Below, in pieces: positions 24,725 to 37,095 of a DNA stretch of 64,000 nucleotides. The notes under the pieces were generated by a model. It ran no database searches. It was given only the letters and a program-made list of their open reading frames with translations, and was not told the origin of the DNA. Position 1 is the first letter of the stretch. Each line of letters opens with the position of its first letter. Made by a program: the position numbers and the translations under genes. The stretch is from Marsupella aquatica (Eukaryota; Plantae; Marchantiophyta), in the NCBI GenBank assembly GCA_973895155.1, contig OZ316892.1, positions 15,616,861-15,680,860 on the forward strand, given 5' to 3'.

Positions 24725-25633
24725 AAACAAAGGCTATGTCACGTCGTCGGCTTCGGCCTTAACTCAGACTTCAGCTTAGATGGGCACATCCCTCGTAAAT
24801 CTGAGGGTTCGGGCAGGAAGGGAAGCACGTAATGCACCTTATTCTCGTAAACTAGCGCTAAGTGCGCATACTGCTAAATACGGACACCTCCTAGGTATGG
24901 TTTGTGTTCCGCCGCCGGAACGTACCTTAGTTGATAGCAGGATCGACCCCGGCTTAAGGGCTTCTAAGCCTTCGTTCTATCCGCCTTCCATCCGGATTCG
25001 ATGATACAGGTCCTCAACCCGTGCTTGCAACCACTTACCCGCAGGCTGCACCCTGTGCACGTCTCGGGTAGTGCGTTCGGCCTGGCGCTGCCACCCATAT
25101 ACGACAAACCCACACACATACACGCGCACATGCATACAATCTCGATTTACATGAAGGAAAATGATGGGAAAGGATTTTACTACAAAGGGAACATATGCGT
25201 ACACTTAGTTGACCCGACAGCCCCGGAATGAACAGGTTCAAGGCCGAGGGTGCACACTACAACGGAGCCCGGCTCCGCACTCGCCCGGCGAGCTTAGTCC
25301 TACCCCCCCCCTTGGTACTCTTTCATTCCCAGAGGTCGGGACTCCCCGCACATACCGCGGATGTCCAACTCTAAAACTAAAACCCCCCCCCTTGCCTCTA
25401 CCGAGGGGTGCACTAAATACTAAGGGCCGAGGGACGGGGTGTCCTCTCGCCGAAGATTCGCTGACTAAGGTCCTAACTAAGCTAACAGTCAGGCCGAAAA
25501 CGGCTGTGTCTTATTAGAAGATCCTAATCTACGCAGGCTGGACAGCATGGCAGCGCTGCTGTGCCTAAGGCAGGTGCCTGTCCCAAGAGCCTGACTAAGC
25601 TAGTCCTAATCCTAATCTATTCCTACTCCGCCG

Positions 25634-28263
25634 CTAATGCCTGGCACGCTTGCCAGAGCCGCCTGAATGGGAGCGGCCATCCCGCTGCCTTCGAAGCCTG
25701 TCATTGTCCGCCTTGAGGAGCTGGACCTGGTCCAGCAGAGATTCATTCTCTCGCCTCGCCGCGTCCGTCTCCTCTGCTGCCTCCTGACATGCCTCTTCCA
25801 GCTGCTGGGCGTCGCTCGTCAGTTTACCCGCCAGCTGGTCCTGCTTCTCGGCCTCGGTTTGGAGCCGCGCCACCTCCGCCTGCAGCGTGGCTATCTCCAC
25901 CGTGTCCCGCTGGACCCGTTCCTCGGCCTCCTCCAGGTCTTTCTGCCAGGTGACAGTTTGATTCTTCAAACTGTCAATCTGGTTCCGGAGTCGTGTAATC
26001 TCGGCCTCGTTCCCAGCTTTGGCCTGTTCGGCTAGGGCGGTAAGAGCGTGCGCCTTTGCTAACAACTCATCGGCGGTTGCAACCTTGGGTCGTAGTTGCC
26101 GAAGCTCAGCCTCTTGAGCTGCAAGTTCATTCTTTAGGTACACGGACTCCACCCGGTACCGCTCTATCCTCTAAAGGGCCTCTGACTGGGCCCGACCTGC
26201 CTTTACTACGGCAACCAACTCTTGATTGAAGAAACAGGCTACCTTCCGGGCCATGAACTCCCCGGTATCCCGGGCAATTTGATGAGAGAATCTCCCAGAA
26301 GCCCGTTCAGAAATGTACCCGGTACGAAGAGTTCCGGGTGGTCCAGGTTGTGCCTCTCCGGAGTTGGGCACGGGCAGACGTCAACACGCGCGGGGGCCGG
26401 GGCAGTGACGTCCAGCCCTGGGGACGTAACGTTGGAAGGGGCTGGAGCGTCCTCTTGTAGCAATGTCCGGTTCTCCGAAATAGCCACCGGTGGGTCTTTG
26501 GGAGAACCGGGCTCGGGTAAGACCTCCGCCGTACCGACTTCTGTACTTAGCCCGGCTTGTTGGGTCGCATCAACGGTTGCGACAACCGACCCATCCGGTA
26601 CCTCCTCGGTTACGACTACAGCTACTTGTGGAGGTGGGGTGGGTGAAGCTGGCGTGTCCGCTGGACTTCGGGCCTCAGGTTGGGGCCGTCTCTCCAAGGC
26701 TGGGAAAACCCACCTAGCTGGGACCAGCTTTGTAATGTTGACACGGGGAAGGGTTCGTCGATCAAACCGAGCGTACCACTCAAGAATCATCTCGATGTGG
26801 CTAGCGAAATACGCCTTCCCGCCAATGTACAGCGTCTTCCTTCGCCGCTCCATCTCTTCATGGAATTTCTTAGCGAAGTACTACGCCCACCTCCTAGGTT
26901 GATAGTTCTCGACCTGGATAACCTGGGCGGCGGAGATCTCTCCCCGAGGTTCCATCATGTGGAGGGCGTACCTCTGGAACTCCATTCGCTCAGCTATCTC
27001 CGGGATGAGACAGGTCCTCATCACGAACCCATTGTCCACTGCTCCCTCTGAGGGAAAGCTTGAAGATTGGTACTTGGCTCCCTTGCCCCCGGGAGCCCGT
27101 GATTCGACTCGATGGTCACCTTCGGGTAACCCAAAGATCATCCTGAGCCGTTCTTCCGTGAGGGACATACTCCTTCCCCGCAACCGAGTATGTTGACGCA
27201 CGTCATCATAATTCCTGACGAACTCCGTCATGTCCTCCCCGTAGTACCTGCAAGTGTTCTAGGGGAGGGAGGCGAGGTGCTCGAATCCCTGAGTCTTCAG
27301 GTACACCGCATGCTTGGGATGGAGGATGTTTTTGTGAACATTTTCCCCCATGTGGTGCATCGTCACCTTGGCTACGGCTACCATGGCCAACGGTAACCCG
27401 GATGCAGTGGCGGATTCCTTCCTCTTCTTCCCCCGTGACTGGCTCGAGGAAGGTGACACCTCCCCATCCTCCCGATCGGGCCTGGGTAGTGCCATTGCCG
27501 TTAGTAACGGGCCCGGGTCGGCCACGGTCACCATGTTGTCTGCCGGGGCCGCTTCTGGGGTCAGAGCAGGGGGTGGGGACGATATAGTGTCGGCCCCCTG
27601 AGCGCTTGTTCCTCTGGGCCGCCTGGTCAAGGGTGGGGTAGCCTCGTCGTCATCGCTAAGATCCACAGCGTTGATGACGGAGCGTACTTGTGCTGGCTAG
27701 GCGATCGGTGGTGGGGTTTGGCTAGGCTGCGGCTGAGGCTGAAGCTGAAGCTGAGCCTGAGGTTGTATGGGTACGGGTACGGCTGAGTTGGTCATGTTGG
27801 TTGATGGCCGAGTTCCCCTGAAGCTCTGTAGGTGCTGGTAGAAGTTCTCCGAAGCGAGTGCAGACGACCTTGTCGAACAGGTAGTGCTGGACTCGCTGTT
27901 GATGATAGCCCAAACCTGAGCAGGGATGTGGTCGAAGTGATGTCGTTGCAAGTCGATCGTACCCGGGATATTGAAGACCTCGTCCAGAAGCCGAAGCAAT
28001 GCTTCCCAGAACCCGATATATTTGTCTCCTTTGAAGAAGTACCCAGATACCTCTACTGGTTGGTAAAGCTCGCTCTAAGACGGGTAGTCAAAGTTAAGGA
28101 TATAGTGGTGTCGTCCTGCTAGGCGGATGGCTCTCTCGTACTCGCGTTCGATTTCGTATCGGCGCGGGTTGGCGTGTTTCAATGAGTCAGCCAAGTGCCT
28201 TCCGGTAGATAGGAACTGCGTCCAGAATTGAATGGCGGAGCTGGAGAGGATCGTGTGCGACAT
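25634..28263 (-). pseudogene. Second copy of the LTR-internal accessory ORF
   Basis: Colinear with 15530-18171, with different private stops and frameshifts. Confidence 0.85.
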
Positions 28264-28364
28264 TCAGAGGAGATAGTAGTGGCGACTTAGAGCGAACGAG
28301 AGAGCTGGGGTCGAAGCTGGCGCGTGGACTGATGGACTGGTGCACTACAAAGGGTTGGCTCCCC

Positions 28365-28371
28365 TTTTATA
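28365..28371 (-). promoter_or_regulatory. TATA box of the 5' LTR (equivalent at 18273-18279)
   Basis: GGTATAAAAGGGG about 360 bp from the LTR start and about 100 nt upstream of the LTR-ORF ATG. Confidence 0.65.
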
Positions 28372-28789
28372 CCTTGAGGGCTTGTCGATCCCCCGACGTC
28401 TCCTCGACGCCCATAGGCTGAACCGCTCACGCTTGTGGTGTATCGGCCACTCCGCCGGTCTGAGTCAGCGCGTGTGAGTGGCCGCTTCCTTAAGTTCGTT
28501 ATACGGACCCGAGGGAGGGGCCCCTCCACGCTCGTAACCTGGGTGTGCGAATAGTGACCCGCCGCCAGTCCGAACCTGAATTCCCCCTTATTGCCTAATG
28601 ATGTCCTACCCATAATGATTACCTAAATACTGTCGTTATGCTAATAATAGCGGCCTAAGACACTCCTAACGCGCGTACTAAGCGCAGTTAGATCGAATCA
28701 CTCATTAACCGCCGTACTGGCGGCGTCACACTACATTAACACTTAGCTCCAGCATTGCTGACTCCAACGCCAAGCTCCCTTATGGTTCA

Positions 28790-29510
28790 GGCCTGGATAG
28801 GCCATCAGGGGAGGACTTAGCATGGGGAGACTTGTGGGCAATGAGACGTGGCACTAGCGAAGGCAACGAGCCAAGCTGGTGACACACACTAAGGACTTAG
28901 GCTAGCTAAGAGCTGGTTGGGTCAAGGGGAAAAGGGGTTGGGCTCAAGGTTGACTGTCCGGACCCCCGGGAGGACTTTGAGTTATGAGGGCTTGAGTGTG
29001 AGCTCCTCTTAGGCCCAAGGCCAATGGAGTTGACGCCATGGGCAACGGACGCTTGGGGCGTGAGTTATGGCCCGATCCAGGCTTGGCCGATCAGGGATCC
29101 TGAGAGCCTAGGCATGAGCACCGGGTTGGCCCGATCACAACTCCGCTTGCGGACGTCTAACGAGAAAGTTATGGGCGTTGCCAGTTTTGGTGGTGTTGGA
29201 AACACCCAAGGAAATGGGTGTGGGCAAAAGCTACCATGTTAGCCGGCTCAAGAAGTTTGTCAAAGATGATGATCCCAACCGGGATCAGGTCTTGCATCCG
29301 GACGCCATGCTGGTGGAGGACGCGGAGGAGTTTGAAGTGGAGGCAATTCTGGACCACAGTTACAAACGCAAGTTGGGAAGGCAAATCTGAGAGTATTTGG
29401 TGAAGTGGGTTGGCTATGATCAGGCCAAGAGTACTTGGGAACCTGAAGATAATTTGGGTAATGCCTCAGAGATCCTTGGAAGTTATCGTAAGCAAAGCAG
29501 CCTACCGCCA
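28790..29510 (+). mobile_element. Chromovirus Ty3/Gypsy remnant: partial LTR joined by deletion to integrase tail and chromodomain
   Basis: YHVSRLKKF...EEFEVEAILDH...*EYLVKWVGYDQAKSTWEPEDNL..A.EIL at 29178-29490. Left boundary approximate. Confidence 0.8.
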
Positions 29511-30300
29511 TTGTGAACTGGTACATGCAACTGTAGCTACCTTTGTGAGTTGTATCCTAGTTTCACTCCTCTCGGCCTCTTAAGGATAAAGTCAGATTGC
29601 ATTGGTGCTAGAGGTTGTTGGGCGGCCAATTTTCTTTTTGCGAGTGGAAGTTGATGGTACCCGCCTTACATGTGTGGGCGGGCTGGTTCAAACCAAAGGG
29701 GAGTACCCCAAGGGGAGGACAATGGGTCCGACAAGTTTGGAGTTAGCTTACCCGCTTGGACTGGCATCCTACTTGGATTAGTGGGACAGGTTGGAATTTC
29801 CTAAGTCTGGAATTATCACAAGAGAAGCCATGTGTCCCAAATCCACAATGGGAATGTTAGTCCCCAGGCCTTTGGCTTTATACATCAGACGTTAAAGTCT
29901 TGGTACCACTTTATGCCAATAATACCGCACTTTCAGGCTTAGAACTTGGGCGGTACATCAGACGTTAAAGTACCTGCACTTTACGCCAAGAATACCGTTC
30001 CGGACAACATGCGTACCATATAACGATCGTAGAATCCGGAGCGTACATATAACAACTGTACCACAAAGAAGGTACCTATTTGCTAGCGGCCGCCAAGAAG
30101 GTACAGATTCTGCACATGTACAAGGTACATATTTGCCAGCAGCCGCCAAGAAGGTACATGCAAACTCTGGGGATGTAGTATATTCTCCAAGATTCCGTCC
30201 GGCCTTGCCTAAAACATTTCTTCTTCTTCCATCGTGTGGCTTATAATCCCCTCTGCAAAAATGCCTGACTTGAAGGATGAATAAATAGCCTTCCGACTTC

Positions 30301-31169
30301 CTACTCGGCAAGGGTCTTTGACATGCGGTCGCCCTATCTAGCGAGCCTCTTTGTGGTGGATTAGGGACTTCCTTGGTCGTTGAGTGTCATTTACTTTTCA
30401 TCCCAAGTCATTCTCGGCGGGGGTCTCCAAGATTCTGAGATGGATTCTCATAGACTTTTATCTAGAATCCTACTCGGCAATGGTCTCTAACATGCGGTCG
30501 CGCTATCTGGCGAGCCTCTCTGTGGTGGATTAGGGACTTCCTTGGTCGCCGAGTGTCATTTACTTCTCATCCCAAGTCATTCTTGGCGGGGGTCTCCGAG
30601 ATTTTGAGATGGATTCTCATAGACTTTTATCTAGAATCCTACTCGGCGAGGGTCTCTGACATGCGGTTGCGCTATCTGGCCAGCCTCTCTGTGGTGGATT
30701 AGGGACTTCCTCGGTCGCTGAGTGTCATTTACTTTTCATCCCAAGTCATTCTCGGCGGGGGTCTCTGAGATTCTAAGATGGATTCTCATAGACTTTTACC
30801 TAGAATCCTACTGGGCGAGGGTCTTTGACATGCGGTCGCGCTATCTGGCAAGCCTCTTTGTGGTGGATTAGGGACTTCCTCGGTCGCTGAGTGTCATTTA
30901 CTTTTCATCCCAAGTCATTCTTGGTGGGGGTCTTCGAGATTCTAAGATGGATTCTCATAGACTTTTACCTAGAATCCTACTCGGCGAGGGTCTCTAACAT
31001 GCGGTTGCGCTATCTGGCGAGCCTCTCTGTGGTGGATTAGGGACTTCCTTGGTCGTTGAGTGTCATTTACTTTTCATCCCAAGTCATTCTTGGCGGGGGT
31101 CTCCGAGATTCTGAGATGGATTCTCATAGACTTTTACCTAGAATCCTACTCGGCGAGAGTCTCTGACAT
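30301..31169. repeat. Tandem array, 169-bp unit x5 plus partial
   Basis: CTACT(C/G)GG starts at 30301, 30470, 30639, 30808, 30977, 31146. Confidence 0.95.
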
Positions 31170-31379
31170 TTAGTTTCCACCCTAAATTATTCTCGGTGGG
31201 GGTCTCTGAGATGGACTCGGGTCATTTGGGCAACAGTATTTGTACTCGGCGAGCCTCTCTAAGATGGTAGATTTGTACGGACACGCGATCCATACAGAAT
31301 TACATCGTAAAAACATTGAAAAGTACTGTACGATCAGTTTTTGCATGCACTTTTGGGTTCATCCTTGTATTTTGGCGAG

Positions 31380-31986
31380 GGTCTCTGACATCGAATGTGG
31401 GATAGAACCAATTTGGGTCCTTCATTTGAAACGGAATACCCTTAATTTCATCTCGGAGAGGGTCTCTGAGAGACATAGTGTATGTTGTAGCTAACCCTTT
31501 GAAACTGTTAACAGGGTCCACAAGTGGTGTCATCTGGCCAAAGTACGCCCACGACTCCATCTCGGAGAGGGTCTCCGAGAGGCTGGGTCTCATTTGGCGA
31601 CCTTTCTGACCTAATATGCGATTTGGGAGAACTGCTCTCTGGCCACTTGGGGCACACGGCTCCATCTCAGAGAGGGTCTCCGAGCGATTGGGTTGCAATC
31701 TCGCTTCCCTTTCCACCCAAGATGCGATTGACAATTTTTGCCGTCTGGCCGTTCGGGCCACACCACTCCATCTCAGAGATGGTCTCTGACATCGGATGTG
31801 GGATAGAACCAATTTGGGTCCTTCCTTTGAAACGGAATACCCTTAATTTCATCTCGAAGAGGGTCTCTGAGAGACACAGTGTATGTTGTAGCTAACCTTT
31901 GAAACTGTTAACAGGGTCCACAAGTGGTGTCATCTGGCCAAAGTACGCCCACGACTCCATCTCAGAGAGGGTCTCCGAGAGGCTGG
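31380..31986. repeat. ~205-bp direct repeat with 401-bp offset
   Basis: 31380-31586 matches 31781-31986. Confidence 0.9.
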
Positions 31987-33105
31987 CAACCTTTTTGACC
32001 CTAGAGGCATACTTTTCTACCGTGAAGTTTGCTAGAGTGTTGGACTTTTTTCTACTTCTCATATTTTACGCTAAACCCTAAACCCTAAACATAATTGGCC
32101 GCCTTTATTAAGTCTCCTCCAACAAACCCTCCTTGATCTTGTTGACTTGTGCTCTTCCCCCTTCTCTTAACCCCAATTTCCTCTTTTAGTTAAGCCACCC
32201 AAATGATAATGCATGTGGGCAACCATTTCCTCTTTGAGTTGATGCACCGAGATGTTGACACATCTCAGTAGGCCTCGGAATAAAATGACAGCGAGGGTCT
32301 CCTACATTTGGACTCATTTGAGTTGTAGGCCGAAGTCCCTAATTGTACCCTAAATGTACCCTAAACTCTCTCGTACTAATGGTGGTCAGTACTCGCGTTA
32401 GCATTGTGTACTTTCTTGTTTGGCCGTTAACATGTACGTATTGAAGTATAGTTAGGATCTCCCATATCTATTGCGTACTTTAGTGTTGTGCAGTACGGGC
32501 GGTATGTTATTCCTTGAAGTGGATGTCATTCCTTCCTCGTCACTCTTCCACGGTGTGACACCTTAGGTTTGGCGCTCGTCTTTATCACTAATCCCCGGAC
32601 CTTCTCACTCTGCCTCACTCTTTTGCGTCCCTTACTCGTTCGCGCTCTAATCCGCGCTCTTCCTCAATCTTTGCATATTGGTCTGTGCAATCTCTCACTT
32701 CTCCGCGCTCACATCCGCGTTGTTCCTACTCTTCTTTAGTCGTCCCACTCACGGTAAACTCTCCTGTGCAACCCTGTTACCGTGTCTACTAGATTGCGTT
32801 GGTGTTTTGAGGCAGTGAGCGTGTGGTAGCTTCTCCGTGAGCGTTTAGGCAACATTTTTTTGTGAGCATTTGCGACAGTGATTTGCCGTGAACGTTGGTG
32901 ATTCTCTCAGGTTTTTCTCTTGGCTCCCCCTTTTTCTTGATATGTCAAATCCATTTGTAGATGAATCAAATGTGTGAGAGGCTGGACCCCGCGTATCCTT
33001 GAAAACTGGCTCTCTCGGCGGGGCTCGCTAAGATATTGTCAGGTTTATAGGTCGTGCTATTGCCGAGTAATAACTCTTTCATTTCTCATGTAATCTAAGG
33101 TCAAA

Positions 33106-36100
33106 ATGCCAAAGAGGAAAGACTCGACTGGAGCTGGACCTGCCGACAGCCAAACTTCTCAGCGGAGTAAGAAACCACGATCCAAGCTCGGGGGGTTAAC
33201 TAAGTGTATATTTTGGGGTACCACGTGCAATCCTAGCCTAATATAAATAGACCTATTTTATAAAGAAAATATTCCAAGATGTTTTGGGTTTTTTATGGAA
33301 ACCACAGATACACAGCCTGGTCCGCAATTGCTTCTGAGTATTCGGATCAATTGCAATACCATCTGTGCGTCAAATTCTCTCTTTTGAACACTGGGAAGGA
33401 CGGATTCAAGAAGGTTGAGCAAGCAATGCACGCTCTCAACTCATAAGTACTCTCATTCGTGTCTTTTTGCAAAATGTGATTACCCGTTTGTGTAAACCTT
33501 GTGTGCCATCTTGGAGAGCCTCTTTGAAATTGCCGCTATGAGTACTATTTGTCATTTTCAGGATAAGTGCAACTGTCGTGAAGACGTCCTGGTTTAATGA
33601 CGCTGATCGGGTTGCAAAGCTATTGAACACTCCATTGGAGGAGTACAGTTCGCTCATGTCAAAGGAGACAATGGAGGCTTTCATGAAGGCCCAAAATCGA
33701 GGACATGGGAAGACTTGGTACTCGAAGAATATGACAAAAGAAGCCGCTGTGTACATCATGTCTTGGTCAAACATTGAAGCGGGACGAATCAATATCTCCA
33801 AGGAGATGGCACAAGACGCAGCTCGTGGGCACCCGTGGAGTGTGAAGAGAACTGAGGAGGAGACGGAGGCAATGATTATTGTTGCATGCAAGGCCTGGGA
33901 CAACAAGTTCCCCAAGCTTGCGGCCTGCGTGAATCCAGCCAATGGAGACCAGTTCATGCCGGTATGTCGGCAGCTGTATCACAAGTTGTCAAAGGACGCC
34001 AAGCAGGGTGTGATGAATGTACAGGTTGGCTTGGACAGGGTCCGCTTGTTTGCTGGGGCTTGGGTAACTACAGAGTGCAGAGTATAGCTATTGAAAGCTC
34101 ATTTTGGAACGGAGGAGGAGAAGAGTATTTATCACCATCCACGTAGCAATGATGATGCTGCAATTAGATCTTGGTTAGCAGTCTGGTCAATGTGGTGTTA
34201 CATTGACCACGTTGGTTGTGTGATTTTGACCGATTTTGCTGCAAAGGCCTACCAAAGACAGATGTACCATGAGTTTTCCGGGATAGAGGAGGAATTTGCA
34301 GAGCTATACAAAAGGCTTTATCGAGCTTATGTGCAAGAGAAATCACTGAAACTAGGCGGGGAAATTTGGATTGACGGAAAGGCCACAATCCTGTTAAAAG
34401 AATTGTGGAAAAAGTGAACAAAGAGGTGTGTGACAAGATTTCTAATCAATCAGGAGAACATGAATGCATCCGTATTGAAAGAGCTGCCATGGGCACTCAC
34501 ATCTTGGATGGAGCCGAAAGGGAGCCTTAACATGTATCCATGTGATGGCCAAATTCCTAATGGCAGAGTAGTCTGCAATTGGGAACGTCAAAACTGCCCA
34601 TGGTATATGGAATACCGTGACTGGAATACTTTTATCGATGACGCTGAGAAGGAGTGTCCAATGAAGCTGAAGGACCAACAGGAGCCTACAAATTACTACG
34701 ATATTACCAAGCTACGACAATTGATAGACTCTATGCCCCAGGCAATAGCGTTGGAGGCCATAATCCCAATGGACCCAACCTATGATGGGAAAAAGGCCCG
34801 AAAGGAAGGAGGCGAGAAGAAGGTCAACAAGGAACAATCCGCCGAGGCCAGTCAGTCAGATTCTATAAGCACTCCAACAAAGACCCCATCAGGTATTACT
34901 CAATTCCTTTCGAATCAGGTGGTGGCTTGCATTGGAAAAAACCTTGGCTGGGTTGGCGAGGCTCGCCGAGATTAAGTGTCCGATCTAGTCCAGATGTCGG
35001 CGAGGCTCTCCGAGATTAAGTGTCTGGTCCAGTCCAGATGTCGGCGAGGCTCTCCGAGATTAAGTGTCTAGTCCAGTCCAGATGTCGGCGAGGCTCTTTG
35101 AGATTAAGTGTCTGGTCCAGTCCAGATGTCGGCGAGGCTCGCCGAGATGAAGTATTAGTTGAGTAATAAGTTGCTTGCATATAATGAACCCGATCTTGGC
35201 GAGCCTCGCCGAGATGTAGTTGCCATCATGAAGCTCATCAATTTGCATCCTATGCAGGTCATGCAGAGATCCAAATGGAACCTGGTTCTATCAAGAGCAA
35301 GGGTGTAGAGCCGGCTACAAGGCCAGCAATTGAGGACGGTCCAGGGGTTTCATAGGGTCCAAGGCACAAGGATAAACAACCAATAGTTGAGTTGGGTCTA
35401 GACGAGGCTCCACTGCAAGAATTTGACTTGCCTCCGCATGAGGCTCCTGAAGTACAAGATGAATTGGCTGACGAGCAACAAGGTGAGGATGATGTGGGTG
35501 AGCGAGAGGAAGAGGAGCAAGAGGAAGAGGACAAAGGACAATCCAAAGATGAAGGGCGCTTGTCCGATATCTCTCTTGTGCCTTACCGGCCACCATTACT
35601 GTCACGGCAAAAGGAAAAGGCCTTAAAAAGAAAGCAAACTAGGCGACCCAGAGCTCCCAAAGGGAGCCCAAGCCAAGCACGTGACAAGGAATTTCCTCCT
35701 CTTCCTTCCCCCACTGAGTCGCCTCCCCCGCCCGGCACTGGAGAGGTTCCGCCCACAACCATCCAACCTGACCCCACATTGGAAAATGAGGAGGATGAAG
35801 AGGCCCTTGGAGAAGAGGATAATACAGAGCTGGAAGGAGTAAGGCGTCCTTATGCCAATACCGTGTCTTCCTAGAGCAGACATATGTATTTTAGGTGGTC
35901 TCCAAATCTATTTACAACTTTTTTTGATGCGGCTAAAGAAGGTACCGAACCCCCTGTAGTTAGTAAATTGATCTCATGGTGCAGAAAGCTATTGTGGGAA
36001 GGTTTGCGTCAAAATGCCTGGAGAAAAGGGGGGAAGCGAGTGAAGACTGGTGCAGATTTAATTCTAATACATATGGGAACAGACACGCGAATGGTCGAGG

Positions 36101-36870
36101 GTAAGTCCACCCCGTTGTGGAATTCATTTCGGGAGGATGACTTGAACCGGGTTCAGGAGTTTGCTCGAGATGTCCTTGATTCCGAAGGACTGTTTGCCAT
36201 CGTGCACAGTGGTTTGCTTCGGCACTCAACTTGCATTTATGATGCATTAGTTTACGAGAATACCAACTGGGGGTTGAAAGAAAGCTTCTTTATCTGGAAC
36301 GACACACCCACCTACGAAGGTAGGACTGGGAAGCGAGTAATTCCCATCAATTACCTACTTCTTCATTTATTTTTTATTCCAATGACTTACTATCCTAAAC
36401 TGAGGAAGTCTGACCTCTAATTGACCTCTAATATCTCAAGCTAGACCTGTGGGGGTTTCAATCTGCTGTGGAGATATGCCCAAAGGACGATGTGGCACCA
36501 ATTAGTGCAGAGCTCGATATGAAGAGTAGGAATGGGCTAACAAACTATACATCCAAGAAGAATCAGGTTAACGATCCTTTTGCGGGCACATTGTTGCCAG
36601 CAACGCTCCAATGTATCATTGAATATACAACACACCTTGGGGCAACTATCCTCACTTTCAACGCACAGTTTGGGGCAATATTCAAGGCGGGTGAAAATTG
36701 CGGGCGGATGGTGTTTGGGACTGAATCCTATCCTCACTTCAGAACTTGTGCGCAAGACCAACTGGCACAACTGGTTGGAGTGATCTCCCCGGAGGAGGAA
36801 GAGGTGGTCCGTTCAAAAGCCAATCCAGAAAAGCACAAGAAGAAAAAGCCGGCAGTACTCCCAACAACAT
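33106..36870 (+). pseudogene. Multi-exon gene: ParB/Srx-like domain, helical region, acidic linker, beta-class N6A/N4C methyltransferase-like fold
   Basis: KMFWVFYGNHRYTAW (33276-33320). ORFs 33578/34091/34430 and 35392/35884 are in frame across single stops, and intron 34893-35257 keeps phase. ADLILIHMG...W...FARDVL..EG.F.I.H (from 36052) and LQCIIEYTTHLGATILTFNAQFGAIFKAGENCGRMVFGTE (36606-36726). Confidence 0.7.
34955..35148. repeat. Intronic tandem array, 44-bp unit x4 plus partial
   Basis: GGCGAGGCTC starts at 34955, 34999, 35043, 35087, 35131. Confidence 0.95.
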
Positions 36871-37095
36871 GTAAGTTTTCTGGCGTTTGATGTTGTTCAT
36901 TTCATATTTGCTTGCTCGTCGCAATGGTTGACAATAGAGGGATACAAGTCAGCGGCCTCGCCGATATGTATGCATGTCGGCTGACCTCGCTGACATTCAT
37001 AGTGTCTGGCCTCCTCTACAAGCGAGGGCAAGTCCTAACTTGAGATGCATGTTGGCGGACCTCGCCAAGATTCATTCCTCTACATGCAACTCAAG

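Larger units (their letters stand above)
14634..28730 (-). mobile_element. Full-length non-chromovirus (Athila/Phygy-like) Ty3/Gypsy LTR retrotransposon, 14.1 kb
   Basis: Direct repeats 14634-18638 and 24737-28730 with TG...CA ends; TSD CTACA at 14629-33 and 28731-35; gag-PR-RT-RH-INT order; PBS and PPT present; no chromodomain. Confidence 0.97.
24737..28730 (-). repeat. 5' LTR (3994 bp)
   Basis: Direct repeat of 14634-18638; followed by PBS and gag on the minus strand. Confidence 0.96.

Noticed and set aside
32071-32090. CTAAACCCTAAACCCTAAAC as an interstitial telomere
   Set aside because: Under three units; consistent with a common telo-box-like motif.
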